DNA from: Candidatus Saccharimonas sp.
Lineage (GTDB): Bacteria > Patescibacteriota > Saccharimonadia > Saccharimonadales > EFPC-124
Assembly: GCA_035478375.1 (NCBI GenBank)
Contig: DATIJQ010000024.1
Coordinates: 1 to 59,500, forward strand
DNA: 59,500 nucleotides
Direction of reading: 5' to 3'
Below are positions 36,642 through 45,995 of the stretch, piece by piece (position 1 is the stretch's first letter; each line of letters begins with the position of its first letter). The translations under genes were made by a program, and so were the position numbers. The notes under the pieces are model-generated. The model was not told where the DNA came from. It saw nothing but the letters and a program-made list of their open reading frames with translations, and did not search any database.

Positions 36642-37223
36642 ACACGACAAGTAATTCTTACGGTGGCAGTGGTCCTACCGTTTGTTGGCAGCAGCGTATA
36701 TGCGCTGTCTATTTTAAGAGGTAAAACGCGGCCGCAGCGGACCACCCGTGTGTTGTTTTTACTAATTTCTGGAACAGTAACTGTTACGCTGAGCAATAAT
36801 ACAGCGTTTTGGCTGGCGTTAGCGTCGTTTGTACAGGCCGCTGCAATACTTTGTTTGGCGGTAAAATGGGGTGTTGGCGGCAGTAAAAAGTTTGACCTTG
36901 TTTGCGCCTGCATCTGCATAACAGGGATAGTTGTACGGCAAAGCAGTGGGAACTCAACAGCCGCCATAATTGGCTGCATTGTCGCAGATTTTGCAGCGGT
37001 CTTACCGGCATTAATAAAAACTTATGCATGGCCAGCGTCCGAAAATTGGATTTTTTATGCATTAGACAGCATCGCGTCTGCTATTTTTGTCGTGCTTGGC
37101 CCGTATACATTTTTGAATAGCGTATATCCTTTATATTTATGCGTCGTAAATGCACTATTTGTTGGCGTAATATTATTCCGGCGGATGCTCGCAGCGAGCG
37201 GCAAATTCAAGGTCGAAATATAG
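36627..37223 (+). CDS. 6-TM membrane protein, paralog of 32544-33110
   Basis: See the shared motifs listed for 32544-33110. ATG 36627 lies 8 nt after the TACACT -10 (36613-36618). The longer track start (36462) would overlap the divergent regulator. Confidence 0.55.
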   Translation: MLGHSTRQVILTVAVVLPFVGSSVYALSILRGKTRPQRTTRVLFLLISGTVTVTLSNNTAFWLALASFVQAAAILCLAVKWGVGGSKKFDLVCACICITGIVVRQSSGNSTAAIIGCIVADFAAVLPALIKTYAWPASENWIFYALDSIASAIFVVLGPYTFLNSVYPLYLCVVNALFVGVILFRRMLAASGKFKVEI

Positions 37224-38072
37224 TTCGGAATGCGTCGCGCACAAAAAGTAAAATTCTGCACCAGCGTCGCCAAAAGTTACTTCGAGGTAATTGTTAAAGT
37301 CACCTGGCGTTAGTGCTTGTACACGATGCGCCAGACGAGTGACGGCTTCGAAATATTTTTGTTGCTGCCTAGCTATGATAGTAAACGGTTGGCCTAGGTT
37401 TAAAATGCGCTGGAACCGGGCGGAGCGTTCCAAAAAATCTTCGCTCGAACCAAGCAAAATGTCGAGCGCATCGTCCATGGCTGTGAACTGTAATATATTG
37501 CCAACAATAAGTTGGTTGGGGTCGATGCCGTGGTCGTGCAAAAAGGCTGACAGGTTGCGCCATTCTTTTGTAATATTGTGTTCGAGATTAATTTTTGATT
37601 GGAGACCAATGCTGCTTATAAAGGGCATGTCGGTGTAATCGACAATAAGACTACGGTTTGGTAAACGGGTAACCAATTGCAACACGGCATCATGACTAAG
37701 CGGCGTAGTAATATAGGCCGAATAACAGCGGAACGGTATATGCGCAAGTTGCTGTGGTGTCAAAAAGAAAACATTGGCGTGCGGCTGGTCGGTTGGGCTG
37801 CGCATCACAAAGTCCATATTTTGCATGTGCATAATGGCGTGGGTCAAGCGCAGGATTTCTTCGGGATTAAGTGTACTGGCGCGCATGCGTTGTAGGTTGC
37901 GTGTTGCCTTTAACCACTGTTTGCGTGTGGCGCTTAATGTGGCGGTCGGGTTGTCGCACACAACGAGTGTGGTGCCTAAATATTGGCGCATTTCAATGTG
38001 ACGGGCGATATCGGCTGCCAGTGTAGAAGGCGGGTTATGGGGAAGACGGCGGGTTTCGTAGTAACGCTGCAT
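37173..38072 (-). CDS. Hypothetical protein co-transcribed with radC
   Basis: 299 aa. AAGGA SD lies 8 nt upstream, and the gene starts 14 nt after the radC stop. No recognisable motif. Confidence 0.55.
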   Translation of the reverse strand: MQRYYETRRLPHNPPSTLAADIARHIEMRQYLGTTLVVCDNPTATLSATRKQWLKATRNLQRMRASTLNPEEILRLTHAIMHMQNMDFVMRSPTDQPHANVFFLTPQQLAHIPFRCYSAYITTPLSHDAVLQLVTRLPNRSLIVDYTDMPFISSIGLQSKINLEHNITKEWRNLSAFLHDHGIDPNQLIVGNILQFTAMDDALDILLGSSEDFLERSARFQRILNLGQPFTIIARQQQKYFEAVTRLAHRVQALTPGDFNNYLEVTFGDAGAEFYFLCATHSELYFDLEFAARCEHPPE

Positions 38073-38085
38073 TATGGTGGTCCTT

Positions 38086-38754
38086 TTATAACATGCGGTG
38101 ATCCTTAAAACTGAAAGCTTCTGTTCGTGTAAGTATAAGGTGGTCGCGGAGCGGAATGCCTAATAACTGGCCAGCAGCCACAAGCTGACCGGTCAATGTG
38201 CGATCTTTATGGCTAGGTGCAACAATGCCCGATGGGTGATTATGCGCAATGACAATGCAAGCGGCACGGTCAACAATTGGGTCAGAAAAAACTTCGCGCG
38301 GGTGGGCGAGCACGGTGTCGAGCGTGCCAATTGTTATGGTGCGTTGGGCGACTAACCGTTGGCCGCCATCGAGTGATAGCGCGACAAAGTATTCTTGTTG
38401 GCGACCGCGGATATCATCGAGCCGTGCCACAATATCATCTGTTGTACGCAGCGGCTGAGCGTCACGGACCAAATGCCGGCGAGCGAGTTCGAACGCCGCC
38501 AGCAATTTACCTGCCCGAGCAATGCTGACGCCTGATACTTGAGTAAGTACCTCAATACTCAGTGTTGCCGCGCCCCGCCGCAAAATCTTTTGTACGTTAC
38601 GTGCAATAGTACTAACATGCGCGGCGCCACTGCCGCTACCGATTAACACTTCTAGCAGCTCAAAATCGGACAACGCGGCCGTGCCCTTGCGCTGTAGCTT
38701 TTCGCGCGGGCGGTCAAGCAAGGGTAGCTCGTTAATACGCATAATTTTTTGCAT
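38086..38754 (-). CDS. radC: RadC-like JAB/MPN-domain protein
   Basis: LLDRPREKLQRKG N-terminus, HhH region, and JAMM motif IVIAHNHPSGIVAPSHKD. ATG 38754 lies 6 nt after TACACT. ATG 38742 is an alternative start. Confidence 0.85.
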   Translation of the reverse strand: MQKIMRINELPLLDRPREKLQRKGTAALSDFELLEVLIGSGSGAAHVSTIARNVQKILRRGAATLSIEVLTQVSGVSIARAGKLLAAFELARRHLVRDAQPLRTTDDIVARLDDIRGRQQEYFVALSLDGGQRLVAQRTITIGTLDTVLAHPREVFSDPIVDRAACIVIAHNHPSGIVAPSHKDRTLTGQLVAAGQLLGIPLRDHLILTRTEAFSFKDHRML

Positions 38755-38854
38755 TGTTGGAGTGTAACAAAGGTTCCTGCAAAAAGTAATACTAATTTTT
38801 TGTAAAAACTGTGGAAAACTCATGCCTGGTACAATGAAAGGGTAAGGAGATATT

Positions 38855-39481
38855 ATGAAGGTCACTCGCTACCCACAATCATGTTTACTACTCGAAAAGG
38901 ACGGTCACAAAATTGTAATCGACCCTGGCGTACACTTTTTGCGCTTGCACAACATTGAAGAACTAAAAGGTGTTGAAGCAGCGTTATTAACGCACCGACA
39001 CGCCGATCATTATGACGCCAGCATTACACAAACATTGCAAGCTCAGGGTGCTGCAATTTACGCCAACGCAGACACGGCAAAACTAGTGGGCGAGGGCTGT
39101 ACTGTCGTGAATGATGGCGATGCACTGACTATTGCCGGTTTTGCTGTCGAGCCCCGAGAATTGCCGCATTGCCCAATGGTCAACGGCAAACCTGGCCCGC
39201 AAAATACGGGCTATATTATTGATGGCGCGTTTTTCCACCCTGGTGACGGCAAAGAATTAGCCGGACTGCACGTCAATGCCATGGCGCTGCCAATTGCTGG
39301 GCCGAGTATCAGCCCAGAAGACGCCTACAATTTTGCCGTGCAGCTGGGGGTAAAAATCGCTATTCCTGTTCATTACGACGTGTTTGTGGCTGACCCAAAT
39401 GTTATTGCCCGAGCTTTTGCTGATAATGGCGCGCCATTCGAGCTCCGCGTCCTTGCCGACGGCGAGTCTACCGAAATTTAA
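38855..39481 (+). CDS. MBL-fold metallo-hydrolase
   Basis: Contains LLTHRHADHYD (HxHxDH). AAGGAG SD upstream. Confidence 0.8.
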   Translation: MKVTRYPQSCLLLEKDGHKIVIDPGVHFLRLHNIEELKGVEAALLTHRHADHYDASITQTLQAQGAAIYANADTAKLVGEGCTVVNDGDALTIAGFAVEPRELPHCPMVNGKPGPQNTGYIIDGAFFHPGDGKELAGLHVNAMALPIAGPSISPEDAYNFAVQLGVKIAIPVHYDVFVADPNVIARAFADNGAPFELRVLADGESTEI

Positions 39482-39518
39482 TTTTGCGCTCCAGCCAACC
39501 CCCGGTATAATACCAGCC

Positions 39519-40781
39519 ATGGCCCAACCTCAACCGCAATTACCTCTTAATTTCCCTAAGCACTTTTTGTGGGGGGCGTCGAGTTCGGCGCACCAGGTAG
39601 AAGGTGGTAACCACAACCAGTGGTCAGTGTGGGAACTCGAAAACGCTAAAGTGCTAGCCGAGACCGCCAAATATCAGGCCAACTATTTGCCAAAATGGGA
39701 CGAAATTAAAGCAGAAGCGGCCAACCCCAAAAATTATGTCTCTGGCCAAGCGACGGACCATTACAATTTGTACGAAGAAGATTTTGCGTTGCTCAAAAAA
39801 ATGAACATGAATGCCTGGCGGTTCAGCCTAGAATGGTCGCGCATTGAACCCGAAGAAGGGGCGTGGAACGCCGAGGCAATCGAACATTATCGCCACTATT
39901 TACAACGCCTTAAAGCGCTCGGTATCGAACCGGTTGTAACGCTATGGCACTGGACTCAACCTCTGTGGTTCGAACAAAAAGGCGGCTTTACAAAGCGCAA
40001 AAACGTTCAGTATTTTGTGCGCTTTGCCCAAAAAGTATTCGAAGAACTTGGTCGCGATTTTAGATACGTCATTACACTTAACGAACTCGAAGTGTACGTC
40101 GCCAAAGGCTTTGTGACCGCTGACTGGCCACCCCAAAATCGTCACAAACTCACTGGCTTTTGGACGCTTATGCACCTTATTGCCGCGCACAAAAAAGTGT
40201 ACAAATTGGCTAAAACGGCGGGGCGAAAATATCAAATTAGCATCGCCAAAAACAGCGCCTACCATTATGCTGGTGACGACGCGTGGTTGTCGCGCTTTAC
40301 CGCTGCTGCCATGAAATACGCCGAAGACACGTTTATTTTGCGCCGCCTACACAAGTATATGGACTTTGTGGGTCTAAACTATTATTTTTCGAACCGCTAT
40401 TATGGCTATCGACAGCATAATCCGGGTGATATGGTCAATGATTTAGGCTGGGACATGCAGCCGGCTAACATCGAATTTGTGCTTAAAGATATCGCCGATC
40501 GCTATAATTTGCCAATTATCGTCACCGAAAACGGCGTGGCTGACCGCGACGACGAATATCGCAAATGGTGGATTACTCAAACCCTCCTTGCTATAAATCG
40601 CGCCATGCAAGCCGGCGTGCAAGTTAATGGCTATTTACATTGGAGTTTAACTGATAACTTTGAATGGTCCAGCGGTTTTTGGCCCCGCTTTGGCTTGGCG
40701 GCTGTTGACTATGCCACAAAAAAGCGTACGCTAAGGCCAAGTGCCATTTGGTTTGGCAAAGTAATCAGTAGACTCCGTTAA
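39519..40781 (+). CDS. Glycoside hydrolase family 1 (beta-glucosidase-like)
   Basis: FPKHFLWGASSSAHQVEGG, the acid/base TLNELEVY, and the nucleophile IIVTENGVAD. ATG lies 7 nt after TATAAT 39506-39511. Confidence 0.88.
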   Translation: MAQPQPQLPLNFPKHFLWGASSSAHQVEGGNHNQWSVWELENAKVLAETAKYQANYLPKWDEIKAEAANPKNYVSGQATDHYNLYEEDFALLKKMNMNAWRFSLEWSRIEPEEGAWNAEAIEHYRHYLQRLKALGIEPVVTLWHWTQPLWFEQKGGFTKRKNVQYFVRFAQKVFEELGRDFRYVITLNELEVYVAKGFVTADWPPQNRHKLTGFWTLMHLIAAHKKVYKLAKTAGRKYQISIAKNSAYHYAGDDAWLSRFTAAAMKYAEDTFILRRLHKYMDFVGLNYYFSNRYYGYRQHNPGDMVNDLGWDMQPANIEFVLKDIADRYNLPIIVTENGVADRDDEYRKWWITQTLLAINRAMQAGVQVNGYLHWSLTDNFEWSSGFWPRFGLAAVDYATKKRTLRPSAIWFGKVISRLR

Positions 40782-40783
40782 AC

Positions 40784-41788
40784 ATGCTTAAAACAGATGT
40801 AAAGATTGCGGTAATAGGTGGCGGCACCGGCGGTTTCACCTTACTTGGCGCGCTTAAAAATTACAGCAGACAGGTGAGTGCATTGGTAAATATGGCCGAC
40901 GACGGCGGTTCGACCGGTGTGCTGCGCGACGAGCTTGGCGTGTTACCGCCCGGCGATGTACGCAAAAGCTTAGTAGCACTCAGCGAATCGCCAAAGGTAC
41001 GCGAACTTTTTGACTACCGTTTTGACGAAGGCGGACTTAAGGGCCATACCTTCGGCAATTTATTTTTAACTGCCCTCGAAAAATTAAATGGTAATTTCGC
41101 CGAAGGTGTCGAAACAGCCAGCGACGTGCTAGATATTGTCGGCCGCGTTGTGCCTATAACGCTCGATAATGTGCGTCTGCGCGTCACCTGGCCAGATGGC
41201 ACAAGCGAACGTGGCGAAGGCAAAATTGATGTTATGCAATTCGAAGCCGGCAAAGGCAAGCCAGTGCTCGCGCTCGATCCCGCGGCGCGCATTAACCCAG
41301 ACGCTGCAGTAGCAATCCGCGATGCCGACGTTGTGGTTATTTCGGCCGGCGATATTTACACCTCCATTGGTTCGTCGTTAGCCGTGCAAGGTGTAACTGC
41401 CGCATTGGCGAGTACCAAGGCGACTGTAGTTTATATCTGTAATTTAGTAACAAAACCAGGGCAGACAAGTGGGTTTACCGTTAGTGATCACGCGGCCGAA
41501 ATCGAACGCTTGGCAGGCAAACCTATTTTAGATTACGTTTTTTACAACACAGCGCAGCCGCCGGCAAACCTTGTAGATAAATACATCAAAGAAGGCGAGG
41601 TATTGGTCGAGGCTGATGTCACCACGCTCGCTAGCGCGCGCTACAAAGTCATTGGTGCGCCGCTACTCGATGCGCAAACTGCGCCTACCGTTAAAGGCGA
41701 CGCGTTGGCTATGCACCGGTCGCTTATTCGTCACGATGGTGACGCTGTAGCGCAAAAAATAATCGCTCTTGCTAAAGGCGAGTTATGA
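40784..41788 (+). CDS. yvcK: YvcK/CofD-family gluconeogenesis/morphology factor (UPF0052)
   Basis: IAVIGGGTGGFTLLGALK ... ALVNMADDGGSTGVLRDELGVLPPGDVRKSL is the family signature. Confidence 0.85.
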   Translation: MLKTDVKIAVIGGGTGGFTLLGALKNYSRQVSALVNMADDGGSTGVLRDELGVLPPGDVRKSLVALSESPKVRELFDYRFDEGGLKGHTFGNLFLTALEKLNGNFAEGVETASDVLDIVGRVVPITLDNVRLRVTWPDGTSERGEGKIDVMQFEAGKGKPVLALDPAARINPDAAVAIRDADVVVISAGDIYTSIGSSLAVQGVTAALASTKATVVYICNLVTKPGQTSGFTVSDHAAEIERLAGKPILDYVFYNTAQPPANLVDKYIKEGEVLVEADVTTLASARYKVIGAPLLDAQTAPTVKGDALAMHRSLIRHDGDAVAQKIIALAKGEL

Positions 41789-42378
41789 ACGACAAAATCC
41801 TTTTTTTGGATCTCGACCGCACATTGTTTGACACGCCGCGCTTTACCCAGGCACTGTGGTATGCCATTGGTCATGAGTTTAAAGTTGACGCTGCCCAGCA
41901 GCTCGAATCCCTGCCCGAATGGTATCACCAAATTGGTGACCTCCGTTATTACCATTTTGAAGAGCATGTAAAGCACGTATTGCATAAAACCGCCGACGAA
42001 ATCACAGCCAAAATTCGCCCACGCCTCGAGCGCGAAAACTTTTTGTATCCAGATACCAGCGAACTCCAAAATTGGCAAACCCGCGGCGATTACCAACTCC
42101 GCATCTTAAGCTTTGGCGGCGAGTGGTTGCAAAAATTCAAAATTAGTCTCTGTCCGCGTATCGCCGACCTGCCGGCTGACATCATTCTAGAACCCAAAAA
42201 TACTTTTATAGCGCATAACTATTCGCGCGCCAACGGTTTTTTGGTCGACGATAAACGCAATTTAGATTTGCCCAGAGGCTTTACTGAGGTATGGCTCCGA
42301 CGTGAGCTATTGCAAAAAACTAAAGAAAGTGGTTTAATTATTGTAAATTCACTCATTGAAGTCACGGAGGCTTTATGA
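41785..42378 (+). CDS. HAD-superfamily hydrolase
   Basis: Motif I is ILFLDLDRTLFDT. 4-nt overlaps with both neighbouring genes. Confidence 0.65.
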   Translation: MNDKILFLDLDRTLFDTPRFTQALWYAIGHEFKVDAAQQLESLPEWYHQIGDLRYYHFEEHVKHVLHKTADEITAKIRPRLERENFLYPDTSELQNWQTRGDYQLRILSFGGEWLQKFKISLCPRIADLPADIILEPKNTFIAHNYSRANGFLVDDKRNLDLPRGFTEVWLRRELLQKTKESGLIIVNSLIEVTEAL

Positions 42379-43217
42379 ACTGTACAAAAGCAATTATCCC
42401 GGTTGCCGGATTTGGTACGCGACGCCTGCCAATCAGTAAGGCAATAGAGAAGTGTATGCTGCCTATTGGCAACCGGCCAATCGTAGATTACGTTGTCGAA
42501 GATTGCCTCAAGGCTGGCATCACCGACATTATTTTTGTGGTGGGCGAGCAATTCAATCAGTTGCAAACCTATTACGGTCACAACCAACTTTTAGAAGAAT
42601 ATTTGCAATCCAAAGGCAAAACTGAGCAACTTAAAGCAGTGAGCGGCCTGGCGACGCAGGCAAAGTTCCATTACGTTGTGCAAGATCAACATCAGCCATA
42701 CGGCACCGCCGTGCCAGTCGCGCTGTGTGCTGACATGATTAGCGAAGACGAGCAAGTGTTAATCCTTATGGGTGACGATTTTATTTACAACGCCGACGGT
42801 TCGTCAGAAGTAAAACGCTTAGTCGAAACCGTCGAAGCCAGCGGCGCAACGGTTGGCTTACTTGCCGCACGCGTACCTCAAAAAGAAGTTTCGCGTTACG
42901 GTGTGATTAAAACCGAAAGCCGCGACGGCCAAGAATTCTTCCAGCACATTGTCGAACAACCAAAAGCAGAAGACGCGCCCAGCAACCTCATCAACATCAG
43001 CAAATATGTGTTTGATTACGATGCCATGCAAGCTGTGCAGCAGGTCATGAAAAACCCGCCCGCAGCCAATGGCGAGTACCAAATTACAGAGGTCCTAAAC
43101 ATTTGCGTAGCCAATAATAGGCCAGTCACGCTTGTGCCGATTAAAGGTGAATACCTCGATGGCGGCAGCCGCGAAGGTTGGTTGCGCGCCAACAATGTTG
43201 TGTTTGGCGAACGATAA
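42375..43217 (+). CDS. galU: UTP--glucose-1-phosphate uridylyltransferase-like nucleotidyltransferase
   Basis: KAIIPVAGFGTRRLPISKAIEKCMLPIGNRPIVDYVVED is a GalU-type N-terminus. Confidence 0.75.
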   Translation: MNCTKAIIPVAGFGTRRLPISKAIEKCMLPIGNRPIVDYVVEDCLKAGITDIIFVVGEQFNQLQTYYGHNQLLEEYLQSKGKTEQLKAVSGLATQAKFHYVVQDQHQPYGTAVPVALCADMISEDEQVLILMGDDFIYNADGSSEVKRLVETVEASGATVGLLAARVPQKEVSRYGVIKTESRDGQEFFQHIVEQPKAEDAPSNLINISKYVFDYDAMQAVQQVMKNPPAANGEYQITEVLNICVANNRPVTLVPIKGEYLDGGSREGWLRANNVVFGER

Positions 43218-44240
43218 TTATTGTTGTGCCAACTGTATAAGCTCCGTAATGAGCGCAGTGTAGCTAAGCCCACTGGCTTGCCAAAGCTGCGGGTACATGC
43301 TGAATTTGGTGAAGCCAGGCATGGTATTGATTTCGTTTATAATCACGTCACCGGACTGCGTGACAAACATGTCGACGCGAGCCAGGCCGCGGCATTCTAA
43401 CACTTGGTACGCTTTAAGCGCCAGGTCTTGCGCGCGTTTTTGTATAGTAGGCGATAATTTTGCTGGGATTTCTAGCTGTGTGCCCAATGTTTCGTTATAT
43501 TTTGCGTCGTACGTATAAAATTCGTCGGTAAAGGCAATGCGGCCGGGCACCGACACCTTGGGGTCGTCGTTGCCAAGTACGGCGCACTCAATTTCGCTAC
43601 CAATAATTGCCGTTTCTATGATGGCTTTTTTGTCGTACTGCAAGGCGAGGGTGAGTGCTGGCAAAAATTCAGCTGCGCTTATCACTTTGCTGACGCCGAC
43701 CGACGATCCCATATTTGCCGGTTTTACAAACAGTGGGAGTCCAAGTTCTTTGGTGATACGTGTTACGTCGCAGCCGGCAATACTTTTTGCGACTTTAAAG
43801 TTGGCGACCGGCAGGCCGGCGTCGCGCAGCAGTCGCTTGGTCATATCTTTGTCCATCCCGACCGCTGAGGCGAGCACGTCGCAGCCAACACAAGGCAGTC
43901 CAGTAAGTTTGATCAAGCCCTGCAGTGTTCCATCTTCGCCAAATGGGCCGTGTAAAACCGGAAAAACGACATTTATTTGTATGCGCTCACCGTCAGCGAT
44001 GTAGAACGTACCTGCGCCGACATCTACGAGTAATCTATTTTGCGGAGTTACTTTGCCGTCGATCGTTTGCAACAAATGCCACGCGCCTTGTCTTGTAATT
44101 TTTATAAGGACTGGCTCAAAAAGGGACGTGTTGAGCGCCGCCAGCACGCTGCGCGCTGATTGCAGCGACACATTATGTTCGGCGGACTGACCGCCAAATA
44201 AAATGCCGATGCGCTGTTTTGTGGAATGTAATGGCTGCAT
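43218..44240 (-). CDS. ddl: D-alanine--D-alanine ligase
   Basis: IGILFGGQSAEHNVSLQSA, FPVLHGPFGEDGTLQGL, and ATP-grasp NEINTMPGFT. Confidence 0.92.
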   Translation of the reverse strand: MQPLHSTKQRIGILFGGQSAEHNVSLQSARSVLAALNTSLFEPVLIKITRQGAWHLLQTIDGKVTPQNRLLVDVGAGTFYIADGERIQINVVFPVLHGPFGEDGTLQGLIKLTGLPCVGCDVLASAVGMDKDMTKRLLRDAGLPVANFKVAKSIAGCDVTRITKELGLPLFVKPANMGSSVGVSKVISAAEFLPALTLALQYDKKAIIETAIIGSEIECAVLGNDDPKVSVPGRIAFTDEFYTYDAKYNETLGTQLEIPAKLSPTIQKRAQDLALKAYQVLECRGLARVDMFVTQSGDVIINEINTMPGFTKFSMYPQLWQASGLSYTALITELIQLAQQ

Positions 44241-44367
44241 GCCTTTACCATAACGTATAAATTAGTTTTTCCAAATAATCCAGAAAGTATGCCAGTAAAT
44301 TACAGATTGAGTACAGTAATCGCTAAAATTTTCCAAAAAAATTAGATATTACTGTATAATCAGAGCT

Positions 44368-45120
44368 ATGGATCGAACACTTGTGAATTGTCTTATGCAC
44401 TTGGGCTGCACCGAAAAACATGTGCGTTTTTACCGCGCCAACCTCAACTTAGGCGCCGCGCAACTCATGGATATTGCTAATAAAGCGCGTTTGCAGCGCT
44501 CGACAGCCTACGTTATCGCGGCCGAAATGGTTGCCATGGGACTTGTGCAAGAAGATCACAAAACGTACAAAAAATTATTTACTGCCGCCGAACCAGACTA
44601 TTTATTGCAAAAATTGCAAGCCAAGCATCGCAGCCTTGGCCGCAGCGCGCTGGCACTAAAAGAAGTTTTACCCGACCTACGTGCTGTCCATCAAACAACG
44701 ACAACACGGCCGCGAGTGCGCACGTTCCAAGGTCGGGCCGGCCTTACCGCCGTTTGGCAAGATATTTTGGCCGAACAGCAAGAGATTTTGTTGTGGACAA
44801 ATCAGTACACCGAAAGTTTGGTGTTTGGCGCCGACATCCACGATTTATTTATAAAAGAACGCATTGGTAAAGGCATCCACATCCGCGCGTTAGCCGTTAA
44901 TAACGAAGAAGGGTGGTTGTTGCGCAAAGGCGATGCCACCAGTTTGCGCCAAACAAAACTCTTGCCTCCAGAGGTAACCTTTACCAGCGAAACGTACATT
45001 TACGGTGATAAAATTGCCGTGCTTGATATTGGCCAAACAATTTTTGGCGTTATTACTCAAAATAAACAAATTGCCGCTACGCAGCGCGCAATATTTGAAC
45101 TGACTTGGCAACAGCGGTAG
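44368..45120 (+). CDS. TrmB-family transcriptional regulator (second copy)
   Basis: The N-terminal wHTH is AAQLMDIANKARLQRSTAYVIAEMVAMGLVQ-like. Same length and layout as 35769-36548. ATG lies 7 nt after TATAAT 44355-44360. Confidence 0.7.
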   Translation: MDRTLVNCLMHLGCTEKHVRFYRANLNLGAAQLMDIANKARLQRSTAYVIAAEMVAMGLVQEDHKTYKKLFTAAEPDYLLQKLQAKHRSLGRSALALKEVLPDLRAVHQTTTTRPRVRTFQGRAGLTAVWQDILAEQQEILLWTNQYTESLVFGADIHDLFIKERIGKGIHIRALAVNNEEGWLLRKGDATSLRQTKLLPPEVTFTSETYIYGDKIAVLDIGQTIFGVITQNKQIAATQRAIFELTWQQR

Positions 45121-45156
45121 CCTTGTGGTAATGTACGTCAATAATTTTCCCCAGAA

Positions 45157-45243
45157 TTGTGGATAAGTGGGTAGCCGTGGGACAACGTGGGTAATAATGG
45201 GGTTGCAGTGGGTAAATGTGGGTAGTAGACTTAGGTCAGTGGA
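45157..45243 (+). promoter_or_regulatory. Phased GTGGG box array (putative MraZ operator) upstream of mraZ
   Basis: GTGGG starts at 45167, 45177, 45187, 45208 and 45218. Variants are GTGGA at 45159 and 45239 and ATGGG at 45197. Spacing is 10-11 nt. Confidence 0.7.
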
Positions 45244-45294
45244 AAGCAGCGGAACAATCCAAAGCACATAACAAACACCACCACAAATTAAAAA

Positions 45295-45654
45295 ATGGCC
45301 ACAGTCGACTACTTTGAACGCAAGCTTGATGACAAGCGCCGGTTAACCATACCTGCCGAGCTTCGTGACGAGCTAGCAAGCGGAGTAGTGCTGACACGCG
45401 GGTTCGATAATTACTTGCACCTGTATCCAAAATCGATATGGGATGAGTTAGTCGAGCCAGCATTAAACGGCGATATCTTGGATCAACGGGTCGCGGATTT
45501 AAACGTCCAATTTAGAATGGGCAAAACAGATGCCGCACTCGACGCCAAGCAAGGTCGCATAAGTATCGAACAGCATTTGCTGGACTACGCGCAGATTACC
45601 CGCGACGTTGTCGCAGTTCGCGCTGGCCGCTACTGGCGTTTAATGGCTAAATAG
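45295..45654 (+). CDS. mraZ: Transcriptional regulator MraZ (compact, 119 aa)
   Basis: Two DxxxR-type half-domains (LDDKRRLTIPAELR and LDAKQGRISIEQHL). Sits at the head of the dcw cluster, with a GTGGG box array upstream. Confidence 0.8.
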   Translation: MATVDYFERKLDDKRRLTIPAELRDELASGVVLTRGFDNYLHLYPKSIWDELVEPALNGDILDQRVADLNVQFRMGKTDAALDAKQGRISIEQHLLDYAQITRDVVAVRAGRYWRLMAK

Positions 45655-45995
45655 CAGCACGTTAACAATTTGGCGACGAACAACCACTGTAGCAAAAAGG
45701 GGATGAACCAGCATCTTCGTAGTCAGCTATGTGGCAGTCAGTGAGTGGGCCGAGGGCCTCCACTTAGTAAGCCCTAGTACCTTTCCCCTCCAAAAACACC
45801 TCCCAAAAAAACTCCACCTCACATAAGTCTCTCACTCTTACGGGTAGCCCGCTTGTCGGGAAACCTATATAATGAAGTTCGAGTATTTCAACACTTAGAA
45901 GTACCACCACAACAACTCCATTAACAAAACTACAAAAACAAAAACGCATTGAATAAAAACAAAACCACTGACTGTCATGTAGGTGACTACGAAAA

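Noticed and set aside
44312-44356. 9-bp inverted repeat TACAGTAAT / ATTACTGTA upstream of the second TrmB gene as an operator
   Set aside because: The 27-nt spacing between the arms is long for a dimeric HTH operator, and one arm is simply the -10 region. It is possible, but too weak to report as a site.
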